Source of the DNA: Eledone cirrhosa
Lineage: Eukaryota
Length of the DNA: 64,000 nt
Direction: 5' to 3'
Assembly (NCBI GenBank): GCA_964016885.1
Contig: OZ024742.1
Location: 253,642,001 to 253,706,000, forward strand
Part shown: piece by piece, positions 51,205 to 64,000 of the stretch
How positions within the stretch are numbered: position 1 is the first letter of the stretch
Layout of the letters: the number at the start of each line of letters is the position of its first letter
Position numbers and translations under genes: made by a program
The notes under the pieces: model-generated
The model's input: only the letters and a program-made list of their open reading frames with translations
Told to the model about the DNA's origin: nothing
Databases searched by the model: none

Positions 51205-52324
51205 ATATAAAATTAAGTATGTGTGCCTGTATAGGGTAATACATCTTACGACTGATTTTCATGAAACTATACAGGCTCAGCGTATCATTTTTTTTATTCC
51301 GGGGTCATTCTGCAGATAAAAATCGATAGTGGGGTGTCACCTTTTTTTAGGTATCGAAAAATAAGATTTTTGGCTCTAGCTCCCACATTTTGCCACCGAT
51401 TTCGTTCAAATTTTAAATCAAAATAGAATTTATCATTGCACATCCTGTACTCGCTTTATATTTTACATTTGTTTTTCAGGGACGGCGTGGCAGCCACTTA
51501 AATATTCAAAAATACCACTTCTAGACTCAAATTTCCACTTTTTCAGCTCTAGCTCCCACATTATTCAACCTACTTTGTTCAAATTTTGCTATGATCTGAT
51601 TATTTCACGTCTTAAGGTGGCTTTACATCTTGGATTTTTGTACAGGAACGGCGTGGAAGCCGCTTAAATATTCGAAAATACCACCTTTTCGCTCAAATTT
51701 CCGCCTTTTCGGCTCTAGCTCCCACATTTTTCAACCGATTTCGTTCAAATTCGAACCTTCGTCTCCACCTCACACATAAATCAAATTATTTGGTTCAACT
51801 TTTATACTACGATAGAACCTATCATTGCACATCTTATAGTAGCTTTACACTTTTTATTTTTTGTTCAGGGACAGCGACCTATCATTAGCTCCCACATTTT
51901 AAAACCGATTTCGTTCAAATTTGAAACTTCGGCTCTACCTCGCACATAAATCAATTTATTTGGTTCAACTTTTATACTACGATTGAACCTATCATTGCAC
52001 ATCTTATAAATGGTCAAAGGAAAAACGATAGCCACTGACGTCGTCTGAGCTTTTAGTTGTGTATTTGAGAATTCATCGGTTTCCAATCAAGTAGCGTGAG
52101 GAAATTTGGGTTAATGTTAGAGGTCATTACCCCCCCCCCCCCCCCAGCATGCCTCTTCGTCAGTCACCCGCGTTTCTCAGTGATAGAGGTCATCACCACC
52201 CTCCCCCGCATGGCCTGCGTGTGGCCATAGATGAGTCATTGAGAAGCAGTCGCTAAGATCAACACCTTTTCATCAAAGCAGATATTATTTTACCTACCCA
52301 GGCAACGCTGGGTACTGCTGCTAG
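51205..52324 (+). mobile_element. Non-autonomous Helitron-like element with internal ~175-bp repeats
   Basis: 3' hairpin TACCCAGGCAACGCTGGGTA (52295-52314) then CTAG|T; repeated GCTCTAGCTCCCACATTTT...CCGATTTCGTTCAAATT. Confidence 0.7.
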
Positions 52325-52340
52325 TATATATATATATATA

Positions 52341-52848
52341 TGTAGCGACGTAGTTAGTTAGTCTAGTCACTACTTCTGATCAGATCCGAGAATAGTCCTT
52401 AGAAGTTATCGCATACGGTCTGATCAGATATGAAGATAGCCCTTAAAGGGACTGTTGTCGCATATAGCCCTTAAAAGAACTGTTGAGGATGGACAGACGA
52501 AAGCACAAGTTGAAAGGACGAAGCAAGGCGAGATGTAAATTCGATCAGCTATTTATTTTCACATGAAGCGACGATACGAGATACAAGGCGTGTGAGTGAC
52601 AAAGCGTGGCAGAGTAAAGGAACAACGATGCGCTAGCTGACTCTGCCAAAAGTCGACTGGCGAAAGTGTTAGGAACCACTCTATTTATACAGGAACAATC
52701 CTTTGTTGTTTAGTCGATGTGTAGGCGTTTATTCTGGTAGGTTCTAATTCTGGTAGGTTTTAAGGGTTCTTTTGTTTCACATTGATTAGCTAGCTAACAG
52801 GTAGATGGCGCTGTATATTTCACAGCTGTTATTTCCGGTGGCTGTACA
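52341..52848 (-). mobile_element. Putative solo LTR in (TA)n
   Basis: TGTA...TACA termini; TATAAAT and AATAAA on - strand; (TA)n on both sides. Confidence 0.6.
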
Positions 52849-53500
52849 TATATATATAAGCATGTATGTATGCATATGTGTGTGTCTATGTCAATGTTCC
52901 TGTTTGTGCCTTTGTCTGGGTTTAAGTCCTATGACTTGGTCGTTCAACAAAAGCAGATTGACAAAATAAGTACTAGACTTGAAAATGATGTACTGTGTCT
53001 GATATGATTGACCAAATCCGTGTGGTACGCCAGCATGGTCATAGTCTCAAGACTGAAACTAATAAAAGATTAAGAGGAAGGGAATGAACATAATATAATT
53101 TGTTCTATGTGATTAACCCTTTTGATAATATCCATGATTCTACAGAATAATGCTGTTTATTTGAAAGTGTTTAGATTTATCTGAAAATCTTTTATCATGA
53201 ATTTATGTAAGAAGCTTTGTTAAGCTATGTTTCAACCACAAACGTAATGAGAAACTGAGTTATAGTACTAAATCACTAAAACTTCTTGATTATCTTCAAA
53301 ATTAATTGAAAATGATAAATAGTGTTTTTCATTAGAAATATGGTAACAAAATGGATAAACATTAAATGCTAAATCCAGCTTAACGTTTTGGTCTACATTT
53401 AGGATTTGGGGTTAGGATTATTGTTTAGGGTTCGAATTAAGGTTTATGTTTAGGGTTAATGTAGAAATGGGAATTGAAAAAACTGAATTTAGGCTACCGA

Positions 53501-53549
<49 letters not shown>

Positions 53550-53550
53550 T

Positions 53551-53920
53551 TGTAGCGGTTGTCTCCCTTGTTTTGATTAGGATCTAGACGGGAAGTGGAA
53601 CCCTTTCTGCAACTTCCGGTCAGAGCCCTATAAAGCTAACAACTTTAAGCTTCCTTTCTCTCTTTGCCATTTTCGGCACCAGGTCAAGAGCCTCTCATTG
53701 GGCTCCGCCATTAATTTGGCCAACAGGCGCCTGGCCTTAGCCAGGCGTCCTCTGCCAGCCGCGTTTGCCTGGCAATCAAAACGGTAACTACTAACTTTGT
53801 TTCATTCTAACATCTATCTTTGACATGTCAAGTATACTATCTACCATTGTTAATTAAATATTATACACACAAACCATGTCTCGTTTTGTTACATTCATAC
53901 AACCCAGTATCTTCGCTATA
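53551..53920 (+). mobile_element. Putative solo LTR with 4-bp TSD TCAT
   Basis: TGTAGCG...CGCTATA termini, TATAAA ~53628, TCAT on both sides. Confidence 0.65.
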
Positions 53921-54416
53921 TCATCATCATCATCATCATCGTTTAACGTCCATATTCCACGCTTGCATGGCTTTGGACGGGAGTTTTCCCACTTGAGGCA
54001 AGAGTGGTTGTCTTGCTCGCATAGGACTGTCTGGCGGGTTTTCTACGGCTGGATGCCCTTCCTAACACCAACAACGTTTACAGTGTGGACTGGGAGCTTT
54101 TTACCGTGTTACCTACATGGCCACATTACAGCGTGGACTGTGTGTTTTGTCGTGACAGCTACACGACCTCATTTGTTTCGGACTGGATATTGTGGTACCA
54201 ACATAACTTTACATTGGAAGGGGTGGTGTGGATGGGGTGGGGGTAGTGGGACGGGGTGTATTTTGTTAGAGGAGCCTTCTGACTGTAGTAGGTTTTACTT
54301 TGTATTTAGGTAAGGCGGGTCTTCTCTATTACTGTGTACCGCCAAAGATCTCGGTCCAGTGACATTGTCTTGGAGAAGTGTAAATGTGTGAGGTCGGAAT
54401 TTATCAAGTTGTCCCA
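53921..54416 (-). mobile_element. RTE 3' fragment (subfamily of 41379-43039)
   Basis: Matches 41380-41856. Confidence 0.88.
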
Positions 54417-54832
54417 GAACATTATAATAAATGTTCTGTAAACCCAGCCGACTAACTCACTTGATATGCAAATTAGGCTGGTCAGCCGTTAATATGCATA
54501 AGAAAAGTATATACTTTCAGATGTTCAATCACCTGGCAGGAAGGTATACGATGCTGACGATAGCTAATAACTTTGAAACTAGTACATCGTTCCTGTGTCA
54601 GTGTTGAACAAAAAAGCGACGATGGTTGCCTGAACACTGTACGGTGTAATTCGGGATGTTTGTTTACAAACAAACCGAACATTATAATAAATATTCGTGT
54701 GCATGTATGTATATATATACATACTACTGTACGTCTGTATACATATATGTATGTACGTATACATACATACTTACATTTAAGAATCAGCCGTACTAAGAGT
54801 GAGAAATGAAATTTCGTTTCATTCTTTTCCAT
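54417..54832 (+). mobile_element. Family A HHR element
   Basis: Reverse complement of the 43053-43473 monomer in permuted order; ends at TTCATTCTTTTCCAT like the copy ending at 43880. Confidence 0.85.
54548..54590 (+). ncRNA. Minimal type I hammerhead ribozyme (family A; weakened helix II)
   Basis: ACGATG-CTGACGA-TAGCTAATAACTTT-GAAA-CTAG-TA-CATCGT. Confidence 0.75.
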
Positions 54833-54904
54833 ATATTTGCTAGCGTGGAAAATGGACGTTAAACGATGATGATGATGATGATGATATATATATATATATA
54901 ATCA

Positions 54905-55420
54905 TTGTTTTATGTACCACTTTCCAAGTTTGCATTGGTTAGACAGGTTTTCAATACACTTTCTCTCTCTCTCCACCTGTTGCTTTCCATCATCATCTCC
55001 TCTGTAAGATTCAGTGTTTTGAGATCAGCTCCCACCACCTCTGCTCATATCTTCCTTGGCTTTCCTCTTTTGCAGCTTCCTTCCACTAATACTGCTTGCC
55101 ACATTTACAACTAATGATCATTATCTTTACACATCACATATCCATACCTGTGCAATGCACACTATATCTGATTGCTCTTATTCAAAGTTATTCCCACTTA
55201 TCTGTGCTTCATCTTTCATGCACATTAACATGACACCTCCCCTGAAGTATGCCTGTTTCATTTCTCTCCAGTTGTTGCATATCTTCTGCATTCATTATCC
55301 ATGTTTCAACATTGGGTTTTCCATGTAAACATCATAAATCCTGTCTTTTACTTGGAGATAAAATGCAGGTGTTAAACACTGTTTGAACTTTTCCTATCCT
55401 GTTTTTATTATAGCTATGAA
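54905..55420 (-). mobile_element. Highly degraded RTE 3' fragment
   Basis: Patchy similarity to 5950-6500. Confidence 0.55.
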
Positions 55421-55731
55421 TGATTTCTGAACATCCTTTCTTCAACAAAAGCTACTAACTAATTCTATGAACCTTACCTTGACTGGAAAAAAAAATACTT
55501 CATGGGTGCTCTTATTACCAACTACCCTTGTGCATACAACATCTACTTGGCTTACTATATATATACTGTAAATGTGGTTGACGTTAGAAAGGGCATCCAG
55601 CTGAAGAAAATAAGCTAAAATTAATTCCTTGTGTGCGAATCAAGGTCCTCGGACCTGATCTCCCACCCACAAAGGGACTGCCTGTCCTACCCATGCTAAC
55701 ATGGAATATGAATGTTAAACAATGATGAAGA

Positions 55732-55816
<85 letters not shown>

Positions 55817-56014
55817 TAGATAGATAGATAGTTGATGGTGATATGTATTTGTCAAGAAAAGTCATCAGTGATCCTAAGGTCTAGCATTTGTAAAATTTTA
55901 TGAAGATTGTATTTCAGTTGTGTATTGTTCAAACTGTTTAAAAAACTTCTGCAATATGTATACCACTAAGAGCATATGCATATATAATACACACACACAC
56001 AAACGTATGTATAC

Positions 56015-56066
<52 letters not shown>

Positions 56067-56173
56067 ATAATAATAAATTTGAAGACTAAAATCCAAAGAG
56101 GGCTCGATAAGGATAAATATATATCAAATATATAAGAACCGTAGAGCAAATATTTATTAAAATAACAGATTAA

Positions 56174-56224
56174 AGTTTAAGCAAAGAATCGCTTCTTTCA
56201 CCCTTAACGGGATCTTCTGAAACT
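56174..56224 (-). ncRNA. Hammerhead-like motif, U4A core variant
   Basis: AGTTT-CAGAAGA-TCCC gttaa GGGT-GAAA-GAAG...TTGC-TT-AAACT followed by AATAAA. Confidence 0.5.
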
Positions 56225-57393
56225 AACAAAGTCAATCTGTAAACGCAGAACTGGATATTTCAAAAAACGTTGCAACCGGAAGAAGACAGGAAGACGATAC
56301 TTTGGTTCATGGAAACGTTCGCTGGCAAAGAAGGGGAAAAACGAATACTACGTCATTAATAGGAGCGGTGAAAAATAATTACGCGCAAAGACAGAACCAC
56401 GTTTATGATATAAAAGAGGTCGTAGACTAATGTTCTCTTAGATGGTGTATAGAGACGTCTGGCAATGAACGAAAAAACGAAGATAATACGTCATATGTGG
56501 AGCGTGGAGAACAATAGCACGCAAAGACAAAACCACGTAAATGGTATAGCAGAAGTCGTAGACTAAAATTCTAACTAGGAGACCAAATGAATATCCGCTA
56601 CAGAGTTAAGAACAAAGTAAATAAATACAATACGGAAGTAATAGAAATAAATAAATACATACACGCAAACAGATACGTACATACACAAGCATACGCAAAA
56701 CCTTACCATAGGTATACAAAACCACGCACATATAAATATGTGTGTGTGTGTATGCGTGTATACAAATAAATAAATAATTATATAAACGTATATAAATAAA
56801 TAAATACGTATATAACAAGCCCACACACATACCTACATATAAATACACGAATGTTCGGAAACGTAAGTCAACTAAAACAAGAAGTACATATATACACACA
56901 CCCACCATACGTACGAACCTGCATACTCACACAGACGCAAAAACTCCCGTATACACATAGCCAAATCCTATGTACCAGAATATATAAAATTATACGCCAA
57001 AACAATCAAATAAGCGTACGAGAAGGTATACGTACCTTCACAAAACATACGGGTGGTATATACTTACCTATGCAAATAAGTAAAGGAATAAACAAAACAT
57101 ATACTTAGCTCCCGCATCAAGACGTAAAATATCCACGTATAGATCGTACTATCCGTTAGGGTATAACGTGGGGCTGTAATACAGGAAAGTTTTGTGCAAT
57201 TTATGTTTACAAGCGGAGATTTTCCTGGAAAAGCTTGAACCGTTAAGATCTCCTTCCTGGATATGTCAATATTTATAAAACAAACTTTGTATTTTATCTG
57301 ATGAGAGCGTACCATAGATTTGGTACCCTTGAAATATATATAATAGAATAAATATGGTTTTATAAATATAGTTTCCATTTATTAATATCATTG

Positions 57394-57453
<60 letters not shown>

Positions 57454-57496
57454 CAGAAAAAACAAGTTTCGTTTATATCTGAAAAATATTTATTGC

Positions 57497-57599
57497 GTAT
57501 CGACCTGTTACGCGCATTTCACAGAGGATTGGCTCAAGGTGACCCATAAGAGTTATGGACCCGATTCCTGTATTGAGCTGCTCCTCAGACTGGTGATAC
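57497..57599 (-). ncRNA. Slightly degenerate type I hammerhead with long helix II
   Basis: GTATCACCAGT-CTGAGGA-GCAG...CTGT-GAAA-TGCGCG-TA-ACAGGTCGATAC, then AATAAA. Confidence 0.6.
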
Positions 57600-58247
57600 A
57601 ACAAAAGATATAAAGTATTTCACCATACTACCTACTATATATATATATATATATGGATTTATATGCATGTATGTATGTATGCATGCATGTATGTATGTAT
57701 GCATGTATGTATGTAGTCATGCATGTATGTATGTATATATGTATTTATGTATGCATGTATGTAGCTATATATGTCTGTATGTATTTAGTTAAGTATATAT
57801 ATGTATGTATACTGATATGCATGCATATATGCACATATACACTAACAGCACCAATAGCCATGTTCAAAATCTTCTATTGACCTTCTCTACCAATAGAAAT
57901 AATTAGCCAATATATTCTTGAAGTTCACGATGCTAGGAAAAACTTGAAGAATTGTTTGTTTCGTTTGCAGTGAGAATGTTTTAAATAATTTTGTTAGGTT
58001 ATGAAATATTTAATATTCCAAACCTCCAATAACTCCCGGCTAAAATTATACTTTCTGAATTAAGTTTTGAAACGAGAATAAAATTGATTCAATATGAATT
58101 ATGTGAAGATAGACACAGCACAACGATATATATACACATAAATTATATATATATGAACTGTTTCTATAGGAAAGGTAAAGGAAAAGAGAGTGCTCTATGT
58201 AGGTTACAGAGCTTTTTAGTTATGTAATAAACAACAAGATAATTATT

Positions 58248-58316
58248 TAATTTACCAAAGGTTTCACGAAGGCAGACGAGCCTGACACAGACATCTGACT
58301 TCGGTCATCAGAATGA
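58248..58316 (-). ncRNA. Type I hammerhead (family B), left arm of palindrome
   Basis: Reverse complement of 58366-58434 with a few substitutions. Confidence 0.75.
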
Positions 58317-58365
58317 AATTTTATTCAAAATGGACACCCATTTAAGATAAATTTTAAATAAATTT

Positions 58366-58434
58366 TCATTCTGATGACCGAAGTCAGACGTCTGTGTCAG
58401 GCTCGTCTGTCTTCGTGAAACCTTTGGTAAATGA
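58366..58434 (+). ncRNA. Type I hammerhead (family B), right arm of palindrome
   Basis: TCATT-CTGATGA-C CGAAG.CAGACG...CGTCTG.CTTCG T-GAAA-CC ttt GG-TA-AATGA. Confidence 0.85.
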
Positions 58435-58656
58435 CATAATTATCTCATGTTGTTTATAACATAACTATATATATATATATATAACTGAACAAAAAGGAAA
58501 ATCGAACACAGACATATATATATGTGTTCAAATCGTAATGGACCAAAATCGCTAAGGTGAAAAACATACTAACTACAGACAATAGGGTTTGCTGGACTCA
58601 ATTTAACAATAAATTAAGAAAAATAAAAACAAACCAATATTGTGGTAACTACCATC

Positions 58657-58735
58657 ACCCAGACGGTCTTTGTTAGAACCGTTTCGCAATATTATTTGTG
58701 AAGAGGTATACAAAATTCCAGGCTCATCAGTGGGT
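58657..58735 (-). ncRNA. Type I hammerhead with full helix III and GUC site
   Basis: ACCCA-CTGATGA-GC...GC-GAAA-CGGT tctaacaaag ACCG-TC-TGGGT. Confidence 0.8.
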
Positions 58736-58827
58736 TAAGAAATTATATATGGCTCGGAAAAACCTTTTTCCTAGAGCTAATTTACTGTAATGAGACTATT
58801 TTGAGTTTCTAACTCAATACATGCTTT

Positions 58828-58964
<137 letters not shown>

Positions 58965-59310
58965 ATAGAAAGATAGATAGACCAATATATATATATATGT
59001 TTATCAAAGGTATATATTGAGTTAGAAACTCAAAATAGTCTCTTACAATAAAATAGCTCTAGGAAAGAGATTTTTCCGAGCCGTATATTATAATTGAATA
59101 TAAAAGAAAAACGAACACAGATATATACATATATGTGTTCAAATCGTAAGGGACCAGATTCGCTAAGGTGAAAAGAATACTATACGATTTGAACACATAT
59201 ATGTATATATCTGTGTTGGTTTTTCTTTTATATTCAATTATTATATATATGTTTATGTATTTGTTCAGCAAGAATCTTGATTTGAAATCATGGGTTGAAA
59301 CCGATATTGA

Positions 59311-59620
59311 TATATTTCGGGATGGTCATTTTACCATTTGAATACACACACCATATAACTTTCATTTTGTCTTTATTCTTCCATCAAAGCTCCTTCGTCA
59401 CACCAATCTGTAACCTCTTCAATGACTATCGATTTTTTGTCAGTATAATGATAATATGAAATAGAAATGTAAACCAGACAAAAAAGAGGCACAAAATATC
59501 GATAGTCATTGAGGAAGTCACAGATTGGTGCGACAAAAGGGCTTTGATGGAACAGTAAACATAAAGTGAACGTTATATAGTGTGTGTGTTTAATTGTCAA
59601 AATGACAATCACCAAATATA
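59311..59620. repeat. Fold-back inverted repeat with a decayed hammerhead-like motif in each arm
   Basis: Arms ~59311-59440 and ~59490-59620; consensus GTCA-TTGARGA-.GTCAC...GAC-GAAA-GRGC-TT-TGAT. Confidence 0.65.
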
Positions 59621-59689
59621 CCTTTATTTCTCAAGAATGAAACAGTTCTAGTCCTGTAGAATCTCATCTATATTAAAATTGTATACTCT

Positions 59690-59984
59690 GCTATCTATTG
59701 AGTACCTTACTTACTGTGGTTATCTCCGATTCAACCCGGAATAACTTACCTATATATATATATATATATCTTTTTAACGATCGACTTTCGTCAAATTGGA
59801 CCGAGGGAACAATGTTTCCGTTGGTCTTTCCAATTGCTAATACTATCTATCGGTCGCAACTCCAGGTAGAAGGAGCAACGTGAAATAAAGTGTCTTGCTC
59901 AAGGACATAACGCATCGCCTGGTCCAGGAATCGAACTCACAATCTTACGATTGCGAATCCAATTCTCTAACCACTCAGCCACAC

Positions 59985-59988
<4 letters not shown>
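59690..59988 (-). mobile_element. tRNA-derived SINE, other subfamily
   Basis: Head GGCGTGTGGCTGAGTGGTTAGAG...GAGTTCGATTCC, TCCTTGAGCAAGACACTT; related copy at ~33790-34085. Confidence 0.8.
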
Positions 59989-60039
<51 letters not shown>

Positions 60040-60091
60040 ATATATGTGGATATATTCATGTATATGTATATGTTCGCATGTATCTGTGTGT

Positions 60092-60177
<86 letters not shown>

Positions 60178-60256
60178 ATATATGTATATATATATATATA
60201 TGGATATATGTGGATATATTCATGTATATGTATATGTTCGCATGTATCTGTGTGTT

Positions 60257-60410
<154 letters not shown>

Positions 60411-60623
60411 CACAGGTACATGCGAACATATACATATACATGAATATATCCACATATATCTCTGAATTAGTGGTGCCAACCTCAACCGATGAATAACTGG
60501 GACAAAATAACCCGAATGGATTAGATTGATTCAGTATCAGAGCTATATAATACATTATAAAGAGAGAAGAAATATCAGATATAATTAATAATAAGATATA
60601 TCATACCTAAACTCCTTCTTTAC

Positions 60624-60716
60624 TCCCCGACTACTTAGTTTCGCGGCATATTATGCAAAAAGGCTACATCACAGAGATATAGAATTTTTGTGAGGTCTGC
60701 CGACTTATCAAGAGGA
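60624..60716 (-). ncRNA. Type I hammerhead, U3-A8 core variant (same family as 393-482)
   Basis: TCCTC-TTGATAA-GT.GGCA...TGCC.GC-GAAA-CTAAGTAG-TC-GGGGA. Confidence 0.72.
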
Positions 60717-62998
60717 TACCTCATTAAGAGTTTCAAAACACGTCCGTAGGACACGAGATAGAATCTCGAAAGGCGGAGGGGGAGTCCATCACTTGGTTTG
60801 GTATAGTTTCTTTGGCTGGATTCCCTTCCTATCACTAACCATCTTATAGGGTATACAGGCTGCATTTTATTATGGAACCATCTGCACAACATTCTAGAGT
60901 GTACTGTGTACATTTTATCGTGGCACCAGCACTAAAGAGGCTGTCATATTCTCGACACAACTGAAGAGATCTTGCTCCATATGTAGATATGCCCATATAA
61001 TTTGTTTTTTAATATATATTTTTCTCTATTGGTGTTTTGGATTTTATATTTGTGTTTATTAAAGTTCTATATCTATAATTCCCAGACTGCAAAAGAACAA
61101 AATAGAATTAGGATTCTTCTTATTGTTGTTGATGTTGTTGTTATTGATAATGTGAGTTCATATTGGTCATATTAGGTATATGAATTATGCATGTAATGCA
61201 CACTAACATACTGTAATGACCTTATGTGTAATTAGGTGTCCCAAAATCCACAGGAGCATTGCATATTTTCAAGAGTGGTTCATTAGCTTGTGGTAGTTCT
61301 AAGGTAGCAACCATTCTACTTAAGAGAGTAGACACTGGACAATTATAGGATCTACTAGTAGTGGCTTGATTTGCTTTCCATACACACACACACAAACATA
61401 TATATATGAACACATACATACACACAACACCCACACATACATACACACATGGACATACATATGAACAAATTCCACACATACACACACATATTCACACACA
61501 TACACACACACATACACACACCATGCATACACATACACCCATACATATACATACACACATGTACATATATATACATATACACATACATAATAACATGTAC
61601 ATATGCACACATATTCATACACACATACACATACTATGAAAATACAATATCTAACGAATATTAACAGAATCACTGCCAAACCATTAGATTTCTTGACCTA
61701 CAAATTCTGGAGCAATCTGCATAATAATTTGACACCAACATCTAACCCTTGTTGATAATGTATTGTGATTATTTCCATTATTCTAGTTCTGATAATTTAA
61801 ACAATTGTAACTTCATCTCTTACATTCATAGTTTTACATTCAAAGTGCATTTCTTCCTCCATCGCCTTCAGCCATATCTTTCTTGCTCATGTCCTTCCTC
61901 TTTTTCCTCCCATCTATATTATATCTCTGAGTGTCATAAGCCATGACGAAAGTAGTTGCTACAAAGATGGGTTTCTGGCCCTATAATGACAAAAATAAAA
62001 GAACCAATTGTTAGCTTGGACCAAGGAAACCATGTTTCCATTGATATTTCCATTACTGAAACTATCTGTCATTTATATCTCCTCAGTATATCTTTCTAGC
62101 TAGAATGTACCCTGATGTGTATTCCATAAAGCTCATTGATGTGTAGTTATTTCCTCTGTGTGTGTGCCCAGAGGTATCATATCTGTTGAGGGTAATTCTT
62201 GTGCCAGTTCATCGGCACAAACAGGCATCATGCAACCAAACTTTTGTTCACCGGGAGAAACCCATCGTTGTCAATGGAAGCAGCTCCCTAAACATCTTCC
62301 ATCATGTCCTTATTCTAGATACTATGGCCATTGTTGTGGAACTATATATATATATTGTTATACTTTGGGAGGGTCATGTTGCCAATAAAAACACACACAT
62401 CTGTTGGTTTTTCACTTCAATTTATTATAAATTTCTGGTTGGTTAGTTGGTTCAATAACCAGAAGATTGGTTATATATTGTCAAAGCTCTTTCGTCACAC
62501 ATACTGTGACCTCCTCAGTGACTAAGTTTTTATTATGTGTCCCTCTCCTTTGTTCTGTCCTTCACCATTTTGTTTTTGTTAGTTGTGTGTTGTGTGCTTA
62601 GTTTGCACATGCTTTACATTTGTGTTTGTGTGTTTATTTATTTATTTATGCGTTTATTTATTTGTCACTAGTTGATTGTTTGTTTCATTTGTGTGCGTCT
62701 CATTTGTTTTGTTAGTTTGGTTTTTTGTGTGTGTCTGTAAGTCTTCATTTTGTCCGTAATTACTAGTTGTGATGTTGCTATTCTTCTCATGTTTTCTGTT
62801 TAATTTTGGTTGGAGTTCATTTATATAAATAAACTCATAAATAAAAATATATATATATGAATGTATGTATGTAGGGAGATCCATAGTACGTGTGAAGGAG
62901 TGCAAGTCTCTAGCAAGCTTGAAAAGCCTTATCCGAGCGTCACACATCTGAATCTGACAAGCGATTGCAATACTCTTGGCAGAGTTTGCAGCCATCAT

Positions 62999-63086
<88 letters not shown>

Positions 63087-63095
63087 TTATTTATC

Positions 63096-63258
63096 TATGT
63101 AATAAATAACATAAGATAATGATTTCATTTACCAGTGGTTTCTTGAAGGCAGATGTTATGTCTGTCTTCAGTCGTCTGACGACTGAAGACAGACATAACA
63201 TCTGCCTTCAAGAAACCACTGGTAAATGAAATAATTATCTTATGTTGTTTATTACATA
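63096..63258. repeat. Near-perfect palindrome of family B element, centred in the hammerhead core
   Basis: 81-bp arms around T63177; + strand CTGACGA-CTGAAG...CTTCAA-GAAA-CCACTGG-TA-AATGA; 63259-63325 matches 58160-58217 (-). Confidence 0.88.
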
Positions 63259-63594
63259 ATTAATAAGCTCCGTAGCCTACATAGAGCACTCTTTTTTCCT
63301 GTACCTTTCCGACGGAAATACTTTATATATATATATATATTAGTAAAAAGGAAAAGAAAATGTTGACAAATTTTTCCCAGTGAAAAATACCTTAATTAGG
63401 AATAAGTATAAATTAGTAATAAGTATTGGTTAGTATTCAGTTTTAGTTTTAAGTTTTTACTGGTTGCGCATTTCTAATGCTTTTCAAAAATAATTTTGAG
63501 ATAGAGCGCTCGTGATGTTTGCTCTAATCTGATCAGTTTTGGAAATTCTTCCTATTTTATGTGAAAAAAGTGGCACCAGAGGTGTTAAGATTTG

Positions 63595-63703
63595 GTTGGT
63601 TGTTGAATGTCACGTGAATAAGTACTATAAATTTCGCACCAATTCGTGTTGCAAAAATTCTTATAGTCAAAACAATTTTGATTGGTCGGTAGAGGTCACG
63701 TGA
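63595..63703. promoter_or_regulatory. Two CCAAT/E-box composite motifs with identical spacing (possible promoter)
   Basis: GTTGG-N10-TCACGTGA (63595-63617) and ATTGG-N10-TCACGTGA (63681-63703) in non-repetitive, CpG-retaining sequence. Confidence 0.4.
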
Positions 63704-63832
63704 ATGATAAAAACTGATTTTATCGCGAACTGGTTTGACGCCAAATCTAGGTTTGTCGAAGAGTGTCCTTTTTCGCTTGATTGAGTTGCAGTCATGTTGA
63801 GAAGTCACTGAAAAATATGTTTATTAAGACAA

Positions 63833-63868
<36 letters not shown>

Positions 63869-64000
63869 CAGAGTGGTTCAAGGTAGAGGGAATGAATCGG
63901 TTAGTAGGAATTTGTGTGTACGTGTGTGGGGGGTATTTTAACATGTTGAAACATATTTTTCAGCTCTTGTCTTATACGGAGAAGTGTGGTGTGTGTGTGT

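Noticed and set aside
57064-57378. ORF upstream of an HHR that might be a Penelope GIY-YIG remnant
   Set aside because: No clear GIY/YIG or RT motif; similarity is only impressionistic.

Overview
AT-rich, microsatellite-dense eukaryotic DNA. The SINE/RTE repertoire is consistent with an octopod cephalopod (inference). No host protein-coding gene can be supported; most ORFs in the track are microsatellite read-throughs or antisense frames of retrotransposons. The window contains RTE-clade LINEs (one near full-length, several 5'-truncated, with a PHD-type finger inserted in the RT C-terminus), R4/Dong-type restriction-like-endonuclease LINEs in (AAT)n, L1/Tx1 LINEs, two tRNA-derived SINE groups, a non-autonomous Helitron, two solo LTRs, a mariner-type MITE and a ~4.8 kb 15-bp minisatellite. 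The main unexplained signal is a dense set of short non-coding elements carrying type I hammerhead ribozyme (HHR) motifs: about 10 canonical or near-canonical copies plus variant or partial ones, from roughly 9 unrelated families. They sit mostly in (TA)n tracts, often as fold-back palindromes, and no Penelope-type ORF is recognisable in the window. One family is a ~421-nt tandem monomer whose three copies each abut the truncated end of an RTE. Two inversion junctions fall at predicted self-cleavage sites. A non-autonomous RTE derivative carries a candidate HDV-like ribozyme at its 5' end.
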